A stretch of DNA of 64,000 bases, taken from positions 288,001 through 352,000 of the forward strand of contig CAXXIA010000002.1 in the NCBI GenBank assembly GCA_963666985.2, read 5' to 3'. A program made the position numbers and the translations under genes. The notes beneath the pieces are model-generated. The model did no database searches and was not told where the DNA came from. It saw only the letters and a list, made by a program, of their open reading frames with translations. This stretch comes from Spirochaetia bacterium. GTDB taxonomy: Bacteria; Spirochaetota; Spirochaetia; DSM-2461. Positions 30,663-38,945 of this stretch are shown piece by piece; position 1 is the stretch's first letter; the number at the start of each line of letters is the position of its first letter.

Positions 30663-31991
30663 TTACCCCACCATGGAAATCGGCTGCCTGGTGGACTCCA
30701 AAACATCTCTCCACAGAGGCCCTTCGTTGTCCACCTGCTTCCGCTTGAACGTGGCCATGTGAATGGGCACATGAACCAGGGAATTGTTCCATTGACCGAT
30801 GATGCATCCCGTTCGTCCGGTCATGGCCGCATGCACCGCGTTGGCCCCCAGGCGGGCGCAGTAATGGGAATCCACAGGATCGGCAACGGATGCACGGATG
30901 ATGTAACTGGGATCGATGTACTTAATATTCGCCTCCCGGCCCTGTTTCTTCATGTAATCCGCAATGGCCACCTTGAGAAAGAGTCCGATGTCTCCGTACG
31001 ATTTATTTCCCGAAGCGTCCTTGCCGTCCTTACCGCTGTTCAAAAGTTCCTGACCGGCCCCTTCGGCCACAACAATCACCGCATGCTTTCTCTTGTCCAG
31101 TCGCTGTTCAAGACTCTTTAAAAGGCCATGCTCTCCTTCAAGACTAAAAGGAATCTCCGGAATGAGGCAAAAATTCACATCGCTGGTAGAGAGTGTCGTA
31201 TGCGCGGCGATGAATCCGGAATCCCGCCCCATAACCTTTACCAGTCCGATGCCGTCCGGAGCGCTTTTGGCCTCGACATGAGCAGCGCCTACGGCTTCCA
31301 CCGCTTTGGAAACGGCCGTATCGAAACCGAAGGACTTCTGCACGAACATCACATCGTTATCGATTGTCTTTGGAATACCGATGCAGGATATTTTCAACCC
31401 GCGTTTTTCGATTTCCTGAGAAATCTCCAGGTTACCTTTCTGAGTACCATCACCGCCGATGGTAAAGAGCATATTGATATTCATCCGCTCCAGAGCATCG
31501 ACAATAGGATCCACTTCACCGTATCCCCGGGAGGAACCGAGAACAGTGCCGCCTAGCTTATGAATGTCGTCCACAACATCCGGATCCAGCTTTATGGGAG
31601 GATAATTGAATTCAGGACGGAATCCCCTATATCCGTAGCGGATTCCGTTAATTCTCTCAACGCCGTAAAAATACCAAAGCGTCCGCGTAATGGACCTGAT
31701 AACATCGTTGAGTCCCGGACAAAGTCCTCCGCAGGTTACCACGGCGGCGTTAACATGACTCGGAGCAAAGTAGATTTTCTCGCGGGGACCGGCCTCTTCG
31801 AGCATCCACACAGGATCATAGTCGGTTCCAACGTTCGAAGCGTCCGTCGTATTGGATCTTAAGATATACTGATCATCCCGCGTATAATTCGCGATGGCGT
31901 CCCCCAATGTCGTCGAATAATGCTTGGGTGACGGGATTTTACAGGGTCCTAATGTTTTAATTCGAAAATCGTACTGAATTTCATTGCCCAT
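30663..31991 (-). CDS. pfkA: ATP-dependent 6-phosphofructokinase (X clade)
   Basis: TCGGLCPG, GGDGT, PKTIDND, MGRDSG, KYIDPSY. Confidence 0.93.
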   Translation of the reverse strand: MGNEIQYDFRIKTLGPCKIPSPKHYSTTLGDAIANYTRDDQYILRSNTTDASNVGTDYDPVWMLEEAGPREKIYFAPSHVNAAVVTCGGLCPGLNDVIRSITRTLWYFYGVERINGIRYGYRGFRPEFNYPPIKLDPDVVDDIHKLGGTVLGSSRGYGEVDPIVDALERMNINMLFTIGGDGTQKGNLEISQEIEKRGLKISCIGIPKTIDNDVMFVQKSFGFDTAVSKAVEAVGAAHVEAKSAPDGIGLVKVMGRDSGFIAAHTTLSTSDVNFCLIPEIPFSLEGEHGLLKSLEQRLDKRKHAVIVVAEGAGQELLNSGKDGKDASGNKSYGDIGLFLKVAIADYMKKQGREANIKYIDPSYIIRASVADPVDSHYCARLGANAVHAAMTGRTGCIIGQWNNSLVHVPIHMATFKRKQVDNEGPLWRDVLESTRQPISMVG

Positions 31992-32170
31992 TCCGGCTCC
32001 TCCTGAACGTCGGACGCCCGAGGCGCCGTTGACTTCTCATTATGATCTTAATACTCGCCCAGAGTGGGATTTCGAAGCAAGTCCGAAAAGTAATTTCTTG
32101 TTGAACCTTCGCGGGGGCGTGTACAAGGCGGAGAACACTCGGTATGGTGACGAAAGGGGAGATATCACAG

Positions 32171-33139
32171 ATGAAAATACTTATTATCGGCGGAGCCGGG
32201 TATATCGGAAGCCATGTTGCTCACGCGTTCGCGGACAGGGGTGATACGGTTGCGATTCTGGATAACTTTTCATCCGGAAGCCATGTCAATTTTCCTCAAG
32301 ACGCCGAAGTCTTCGAAGGCGACATCATGGATCGATCCTTCCTTAAAAAAGCATTGCACATCGGATGGGACGGAATTGTGCATCTTGCCGCGTTCAAGGC
32401 GGTCGGTGAATCCATGCTCAATCCGGGTAAATACGCGGAGAACAACATCAGCGGAACCATTAATATCCTGAACGCCGCCGTCGAGGCCGGTTCCCCTCCC
32501 TTGGTATTCTCATCTTCCGCGGCGGTATTCGGAGAACCCGTACGGATTCCGGTCGACGAAGACCATCCGAAAAATCCGGAAAATTTTTACGGCTTCACCA
32601 AGCTGGAAATTGAGAATTTTCTCGACTGGTACGATCGTCTTAAAGGGCTGAAATCGGCCTCCCTTCGTTATTTCAACGCTTCCGGCTACGACCAAAAGGG
32701 ACGCGTGAGTGAACCGGAACGCGATCCGCAGAACCTTCTGCCCATCATCATGGAAGCCGCCGCGGGAATCCGTGACGGACTGACCATCTTCGGGGATGAT
32801 TATGATACTCCCGACGGCACATGCATCCGGGACTATGTCCACGCAACGGATCTCGCCGACGCCCATGTCCTCGCGATGGATTATCTGATTCGGGAAAAAA
32901 CCAGCCTGAAAATCAACCTGGGGAGTGAAACGGGCATCAGCGTCGCCCAGATGGTCGAGGAAGCCGTCAGAATCACCGGTGTTGATTTCTCCCGGAAAAT
33001 CGGCCCGCGCCGCCCGGGAGACCCTGCAAAACTCATTGCCTCCTCGTCGCGGGCGAAAGAGCTTTTGGGATGGAAAGCCGCCAGAAGTGACGCGAAAACG
33101 CTGATTTCCAGTACATGGGAACTCTACAAACCCCGGTAA
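32171..33139 (+). CDS. galE: UDP-glucose 4-epimerase
   Basis: GGAGYIGSH, YGFTK, LRYFN, DGTCIRDYVH. Confidence 0.95.
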   Translation: MKILIIGGAGYIGSHVAHAFADRGDTVAILDNFSSGSHVNFPQDAEVFEGDIMDRSFLKKALHIGWDGIVHLAAFKAVGESMLNPGKYAENNISGTINILNAAVEAGSPPLVFSSSAAVFGEPVRIPVDEDHPKNPENFYGFTKLEIENFLDWYDRLKGLKSASLRYFNASGYDQKGRVSEPERDPQNLLPIIMEAAAGIRDGLTIFGDDYDTPDGTCIRDYVHATDLADAHVLAMDYLIREKTSLKINLGSETGISVAQMVEEAVRITGVDFSRKIGPRRPGDPAKLIASSSRAKELLGWKAARSDAKTLISSTWELYKPR

Positions 33140-33167
33140 TACGGATAAAGCTTATATATTAGTCATC

Positions 33168-33196
33168 TTGTCATATTAACCGTCCGGCATTACAAT
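33168..33196 (+). promoter_or_regulatory. sigma70 promoter of cysK-metY
   Basis: TTGTCA-17 nt-TACAAT, followed by a GGAGG SD. Confidence 0.65.
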
Positions 33197-33225
33197 CGGA
33201 GTCAATAAAAATCCGGAGGATTCTT

Positions 33226-34155
33226 ATGATTGTAAAAAACATAACCGAACTCATCGGCAAAACCCCCCTGGTTAAGCTGAATACAATGCCGTCAGATGGC
33301 AAAGCGGCGATTTACATAAAACTTGAATCCGCTAATCCCATGGGAAGCGTTAAGGACAGACTGGGTTTGGCCCTTATCGGCGATGCCGAAAAAAAAGGAC
33401 TGCTCGGACCGGAATCGCTTATTGTCGAATCCACCAGCGGGAACACGGGCATCGCCCTGGCCTTCATCTGCGCCCAAAGAGGATACAAACTCGCCATCAC
33501 GATGCCCGAATCCATGAGTATTGAACGCCGGCGGATTCTTACGGCACTGGGAGCGGAACTCCACCTCACTCCGGCGGACAAAGGAATGAAAGGAGCCCTT
33601 GCCAAGGCCGAAGAGATTGTGGGGAAGACTCCCGGTGCATTAAGCCTGAAGCAATTCGACAACCCGGCCAACCCCGCTTTTCACGAAGCCACGACGGGTC
33701 CCGAAATCTGGAAGGATTTGAACGGGAATGTGGATGCGTTCATAGCCGGAGTCGGAACAGGCGGAACCTTCACGGGTGTTTCCCGCTTTCTGAAGGAAAA
33801 GAACGACCGCATAAAGACTTTCGCCGTGGAACCCGAATCGTCGGCCGTTCTTTCGGGCCGCCGGGCGGGGGCCCACAAAATCCAGGGAATAGGAGCGGGC
33901 TTTATCCCCGGTGTACTGCAAAGAGATCTTATCGACGAGGTGATGACGATAACCGAAGAAGAAGCCGGAGAAACCGCGCGGCGGGTTGCCCGCAGCGAAG
34001 GAATTTTCCTCGGTATATCAAGCGGAGCGAACATAGCCGCGGCTTTAAAACTGGCCGAACGAAATGATTTCGCCGGAAAAAACATCGTAACAATCGGCTG
34101 CGATACAGGCGAACGGTATTTAAGCACCTGGCTTTTCCAAAAGGAGGAGAATTAA
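33226..34155 (+). CDS. cysK: Cysteine synthase A
   Basis: NPMGSVKDR (PLP Lys), TSGNTG, GVGTGGT, HKIQGIG. Confidence 0.95.
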   Translation: MIVKNITELIGKTPLVKLNTMPSDGKAAIYIKLESANPMGSVKDRLGLALIGDAEKKGLLGPESLIVESTSGNTGIALAFICAQRGYKLAITMPESMSIERRRILTALGAELHLTPADKGMKGALAKAEEIVGKTPGALSLKQFDNPANPAFHEATTGPEIWKDLNGNVDAFIAGVGTGGTFTGVSRFLKEKNDRIKTFAVEPESSAVLSGRRAGAHKIQGIGAGFIPGVLQRDLIDEVMTITEEEAGETARRVARSEGIFLGISSGANIAAALKLAERNDFAGKNIVTIGCDTGERYLSTWLFQKEEN

Positions 34156-35435
34156 TGGGATTCTCTACCGAAGCCATACATGCGGGGTGGAGTTCGCGGA
34201 ACACGGAAAGAGCGGTTCCCCTCCATAGAACGACGGCTTATAATTTCACCGATACCGACCATGCGGCGAATCTGTTCGCCCTTAAAGAGCCGGGGCATAT
34301 GTACACCCGGATAAGCAATCCGACGCAGGACATCCTGGAAAAACGGCTGGCGATTTTGGAAGGCGGAACAGGGGCGCTGACTCTTTCTTCCGGCACGGCC
34401 GCCGTTTTCAACAGCATCATCAACGTCGCGGGAGCCGGTGACGAGATTCTTTCCTCTTCCGAACTCTACGGCGGCACCCATACCATGTTTAAAGATATTC
34501 TGCCCCAATTCGGCATCACGGTTAAGTTCGTGAATCCTCACGATTCCACGGCTTGGAAGAAGGCTTCCAATTCTCAAACAAGGGCCTTTTACTGCGAAAC
34601 CATCGGGAATCCTTCTCTCCGTGTTCCGGATTTCGAGTCTCTGAAGAAAGCGGCCGAAGAGATTCATGTTCCTCTGATTGTCGACTCAACCTTCACCACG
34701 CCCTATCTGCTGAATCCCATCGAGCACGGAGCGGATGTTGTTATTCATTCTCTCACAAAATGGATCTGCGGTCATGGAACCGCCGTCGGCGGAGCGGTTA
34801 TAGACGCAGGGAGATTCGACTGGACCGATCCGAAATTCGCAACCTTCAACAAACCGGACACAAGCTACCACGGTCTTCGTTATGCCCATGACCTGGGGAA
34901 TCTCTCCTCGGCGGCGTTCACCGTCAGAATGCGTCTTGTACAGTTAAGAAACCTCGGCGCATGCTTAAGTCCGGACAACATCTGGATGTTCCTGCAAGGT
35001 CTTGAAACTCTGGCGCTGAGAATGGAAAGGCATTCGGTCAATGCCGTGAAAACCGTACAATTTCTGGCGAATCATCCGGCGGTTTCCTGGGTCCGCTATC
35101 CCGGATTGGAAACGGGAAACGAAAATTATGCCACGGCCGCCAAGTACCTGAAAAAAGGCTTCGGAGGGATGGTGGTTTTCGGTATCAAAGGCGGACGAGA
35201 AGCAGGTGCCCGATTCATCGAAAACTTAAAACTCTTCAGTCATGTCGCAAATGTCGGAGACGCAAAGAGTTTGGCCATACACCCGGCCTCCACGACGCAT
35301 TCTCAGCTTAGCGAAGAAGATTTGAAGTCAACCGGTGTAGGCACCGATTTAATCCGGCTGTCCGTCGGGATTGAGGATCTTGACGACATTATCCGCGATT
35401 TGGACTCCGCTCTGAAGAAAACCGCCGGGAACTAA
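34155..35435 (+). CDS. metY: O-acetylhomoserine aminocarboxypropyltransferase
   Basis: YTRISNPT, HSLTKW, HVANVGDAKSLAIHPASTTH; TAATG coupling to cysK. Confidence 0.9.
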   Translation: MGFSTEAIHAGWSSRNTERAVPLHRTTAYNFTDTDHAANLFALKEPGHMYTRISNPTQDILEKRLAILEGGTGALTLSSGTAAVFNSIINVAGAGDEILSSSELYGGTHTMFKDILPQFGITVKFVNPHDSTAWKKASNSQTRAFYCETIGNPSLRVPDFESLKKAAEEIHVPLIVDSTFTTPYLLNPIEHGADVVIHSLTKWICGHGTAVGGAVIDAGRFDWTDPKFATFNKPDTSYHGLRYAHDLGNLSSAAFTVRMRLVQLRNLGACLSPDNIWMFLQGLETLALRMERHSVNAVKTVQFLANHPAVSWVRYPGLETGNENYATAAKYLKKGFGGMVVFGIKGGREAGARFIENLKLFSHVANVGDAKSLAIHPASTTHSQLSEEDLKSTGVGTDLIRLSVGIEDLDDIIRDLDSALKKTAGN

Positions 35436-35533
35436 AGCGGCCGCAGAGTCAGAAAATCTGCAAACCGACGGCCGCAGGCCGTAATCGGCAAGAACCCGCC
35501 ACAGCTCGGATTCCTTCATTTCCAATTATTCAT

Positions 35534-35563
35534 TTGCCGTCGTTCATGACTTCTCACTATACT
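35534..35563 (+). promoter_or_regulatory. sigma70 promoter, probably leaderless
   Basis: TTGCCG-18 nt-TATACT-6 nt-ATG(35570); no SD. Confidence 0.55.
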
Positions 35564-35569
35564 GATACC

Positions 35570-36739
35570 ATGATTTCAAATTGCCGATCGATCATCGATT
35601 CCTTGGATGATTACGTTATCCATTTGGAGGATATCCGCGAAACGGTACTGTCAACAATGGTGATGGTAAACGAAATCCCGGCACCGACGTTCAAGGAGTC
35701 GGCCCGTGCGAAATTTCTTGTCGACCGATTCAGTGAATTGGAAATGCTCCATGCCTCGGTGGACGAAATGAGCAACGTTATGGGGATTATTCCCGGAAAG
35801 AAGGGCAAGCGGGACATTCTTGTGGCTGCCCACCTCGACTCCTTATTCGACTCAACCGTCGATCATACGGTAACCCTTGAACCGTCGATGGCAATCGGAC
35901 CGGGAGTAAGCGACAACAGTCTCGGCGTGGCGGTTCTCGGGACGCTGCCGCTTATTCTTGAACGCATCGACATGGAATTGGACGCAAACCTCGTTCTTCT
36001 GGGAACATCACGAAGTCTCGGGAGCGGAGATTTGGAAGGACTGCGTTTCGTGCTGGAGCATTACAAAAAACCTTTCACCGCCGCGGTGTGTCTGGAAGGG
36101 ATTAAAATCGGCCGGCTGAGCTTTTCTTCCATCGGGATGCTTCGGGGTGAGCTCACATACAGAATCCCGGAACAATACGACTGGTCGAAGTTCAATTCGG
36201 TGGGCGCCATCGTCGACATGAACGACATGATCAACAGAATCCTGGAAATACCGTTGCCGAGAAAACCGAATACCACCATCGTCCTGGGGCAAATGGAAGC
36301 CGGAACCTCGTATAACACGATGCCGATAAAGGCGACACTGCGTTTTGAAATCCGCAGCGAATCCGATGAAATCGTGGAAGACCTCGCAAAAAAAATTACT
36401 TTTCTCGCCGAAGAAATGACATCGAAAACAGGCGCCTTGGTAAAATTCAAAGAAATCGCGCGAAGGAAATCCGGCGGCACCGACTTTTCTCATCCGCTGA
36501 ACACGGTAAGCCGGGAGATTTTAAAAAAACTTGACATTACACCAAGAATCACACCCAGCACGTCCGAGCTTTCCGCCCTTATCAGCAAAGGGATTCCGGC
36601 AATAACCATCGGTTTGACCAACGGTGAGAATGCCGGAGAGCTGGACGAATCCGTGGAAATCAAACCGATCAGTAAGGGATTGGCGCAATTAGTCGCTCTT
36701 CTCAAAGCCATCGACTTGGGGTGTACGGATGAGTCCTGA
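35570..36739 (+). CDS. M20/M25/M40-fold protein with a degenerate active site
   Basis: EIPAPTFKE, AHLD, GPGVSDNSLG and GIPAITIG identify the family; the EE pair and C-terminal His are absent. Confidence 0.75.
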   Translation: MISNCRSIIDSLDDYVIHLEDIRETVLSTMVMVNEIPAPTFKESARAKFLVDRFSELEMLHASVDEMSNVMGIIPGKKGKRDILVAAHLDSLFDSTVDHTVTLEPSMAIGPGVSDNSLGVAVLGTLPLILERIDMELDANLVLLGTSRSLGSGDLEGLRFVLEHYKKPFTAAVCLEGIKIGRLSFSSIGMLRGELTYRIPEQYDWSKFNSVGAIVDMNDMINRILEIPLPRKPNTTIVLGQMEAGTSYNTMPIKATLRFEIRSESDEIVEDLAKKITFLAEEMTSKTGALVKFKEIARRKSGGTDFSHPLNTVSREILKKLDITPRITPSTSELSALISKGIPAITIGLTNGENAGELDESVEIKPISKGLAQLVALLKAIDLGCTDES

Positions 36740-37730
36740 TACATGGATTAATAAAAACACCTATCATCATTCGGCTTTCGCCGATCTCAAAGAACTGGTG
36801 GAAGAAAAAGAAAAAACGGGACTGACCATATCCCTGTGCATCCCCACCCTCAACGAAGAGAGAACAATCGGCAAGGAAGTGGTGATCTTCCGATCCGAAC
36901 TGATGCACCGCTATCCCCTCCTGGATGAAATCGCGGTTATCGATTCCGGCAGTAAGGACCGAACGCTTGAAGTCTCCTCAAGTTTCGGAGCCGACACCTA
37001 CCTTTCGGCGGATATCCTGCCCGAGGAAGGATTCAGGAAAGGCAAAGGTGAAAACCTCTGGAAAGCCATCTACCAACTCAAGGGCGACATCATCGTCTAT
37101 ATCGATGCCGATATTAAAAACATCCATCCGCGATTCGTTTATGGACTGGTCGGACCGCTTATCAAGCGTTCGGAGGTGAGTTACGTCAAGGCTTTCTACG
37201 ACAGGCCGCTGGCATTCTCCGACAGTGTTCGCCCCTCCGGCGGAGGCCGCGTAACCGAGATTCTTACCCGCCCTCTTTTCAGCCTCTTCTTCCCGGAACT
37301 CACGGCGATTATTCAGCCTTTATCGGGTGAATACGCCGTAAGACGGGATGTGCTTGAATCCATTCCCTTTCCGGTGGGATACGGTGTGGAGACCAGCCAC
37401 ATCCTGGATGTATACAGAACACACGGGATGAAGGCCTTCGCCCAAACGGATCTGGACCAGCGGGTTCATCGCAATCAGGAAACCCGGGCACTGGGAAAGA
37501 TGTCTTTCGGCATACTTCAGACCTTCCTCACAAGACTGATATCCTACGGCACCATTGAAAACAAGCAGGAATTCCAAACGGTCCTCCGGCAGTTTCAGGT
37601 TCGAAACAATGTTTATGAAACCTTGGAATATGATATTCCCGAATACGAAAGGCCCCCGATGAACACCATCGATGCTTACCGTAAATCACGCGGAATGCCG
37701 CCGCTGCAGAAAAACTCGTTAGAGCCGTAA
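36729..37730 (+). CDS. gpgS: Glucosyl-3-phosphoglycerate synthase (GT81)
   Basis: IPTLNEE.TIG, IDSGS, GKGENLW, YIDAD, GGGRVTE, QPLSGEYA, GYGVE, HRNQ. Confidence 0.88.
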   Translation: MSPDTWINKNTYHHSAFADLKELVEEKEKTGLTISLCIPTLNEERTIGKEVVIFRSELMHRYPLLDEIAVIDSGSKDRTLEVSSSFGADTYLSADILPEEGFRKGKGENLWKAIYQLKGDIIVYIDADIKNIHPRFVYGLVGPLIKRSEVSYVKAFYDRPLAFSDSVRPSGGGRVTEILTRPLFSLFFPELTAIIQPLSGEYAVRRDVLESIPFPVGYGVETSHILDVYRTHGMKAFAQTDLDQRVHRNQETRALGKMSFGILQTFLTRLISYGTIENKQEFQTVLRQFQVRNNVYETLEYDIPEYERPPMNTIDAYRKSRGMPPLQKNSLEP

Positions 37731-37767
37731 GATTCCGCCGGCCGGTCGGCGATTGTTCTCCGTTTCT

Positions 37768-38337
37768 TCAGCGGCCCACTAAGTATTTGCGAGGAACGAT
37801 GCCGACTCCCTGCCGAAGGATTCGAAAGGGATGGGAAGTCACATCAACAACCGTAGAGGGGCCTCGTCCCGTATACAAGCCCGAATCTTCTATCAGATCC
37901 ACTTCATCCCCGAATTCGGCTTCAATGGACGCAGGATCGTTCAGCGGATCGTGCCCGGCGCGGTTCACACTGGTCGAATAGAGCGGCGCGCCCACATCTT
38001 TCACCAGATTCCTCAGCCTATCGTCCTCGGGAACTCTGCAGGCGACCGTTCCGCCCGTCTTCCCGGAAAAAACGAATGTGAACGGACCGGGCCACAGCTT
38101 CAGAATATCGTCTTTCGGCCGAATCAGGCCCAGAGCGTCAAGGTCATCCGCCTCGGAAATCAGCTGAAGAAAAGGCTTCGTCTCTTCCCGGCCTTTTATT
38201 TCCCTGATGGCCTCTTCGGTATCGGGCACTCGTCCGACAAAACCGTAGATCGTATCGCAGGCCATTACGGCGACTCCGCCTCTTTTCAAAACATCAAGAA
38301 GCTTCGCGTAACTATCTTTTTCCCGGGGCAGCCGCAT
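37768..38337 (-). CDS. tsaC: Threonylcarbamoyl-AMP synthase (YrdC/Sua5)
   Basis: DTIYG, IKGR..KP, WPGPFT, STSVN, STVVD. Confidence 0.88.
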   Translation of the reverse strand: MRLPREKDSYAKLLDVLKRGGVAVMACDTIYGFVGRVPDTEEAIREIKGREETKPFLQLISEADDLDALGLIRPKDDILKLWPGPFTFVFSGKTGGTVACRVPEDDRLRNLVKDVGAPLYSTSVNRAGHDPLNDPASIEAEFGDEVDLIEDSGLYTGRGPSTVVDVTSHPFRILRQGVGIVPRKYLVGR

Positions 38338-38758
38338 GTTCCATCCTTCCTAAAATCAACGTAACAAACAGCGCTACAAGACCGACCGAGGCGGCCAGTA
38401 TACGCAGGATTCCCTCGCCGCCCACGGGAGCGGGCACCATGCGAAGTACGCGTCCGGCTTGGGGAAGCTTCCGTTGTGTTTCCAGATTCCGAAACATAAC
38501 AACCGCATCGTCTTCACGATAAAGTCCCAGCGACCGTGCTTCGACAATGATGGCCTCAGGATCGCTCCTGAGCGCACCCAGTCTTGCCGAAAGTTCCATT
38601 CCATGTCTTTCAAGGTCCGCCATATTAACCTCAAGATGTCCGTTCCGATCTTCAAGTTTCTTCAAAGCGACCACGCCGGTCTCGCCGAAAAAAAGGGCGA
38701 GCAGCGAAAAAGTCAAAAAAGTCGCGTACAATGCCGTTAAAATCGCAGATTGTTTCAT
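38312..38758 (-). CDS. Septum formation initiator family protein (FtsB/DivIC-like)
   Basis: TM helix, GETG, coiled coil, DPEAIIVEARSLGL; extra C-terminal TM segment. Confidence 0.65.
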   Translation of the reverse strand: MKQSAILTALYATFLTFSLLALFFGETGVVALKKLEDRNGHLEVNMADLERHGMELSARLGALRSDPEAIIVEARSLGLYREDDAVVMFRNLETQRKLPQAGRVLRMVPAPVGGEGILRILAASVGLVALFVTLILGRMEHAAAPGKR

Positions 38759-38945
38759 ATTTCGATTGACGGCTTTATTCGACCTGTCCTTTACAGAGAA
38801 TTCATGCCTTATTATGATAAGTTATAAAGGGAACAGGCGGCGATTAACGGGTTGCGATAGATGACCGGCAATGAAATAATTCAACCCGATAGCTGTAATT
38901 GACGATACTCGTAAGGTACAAAATCGCCTCTCGGGAGCATGGACG

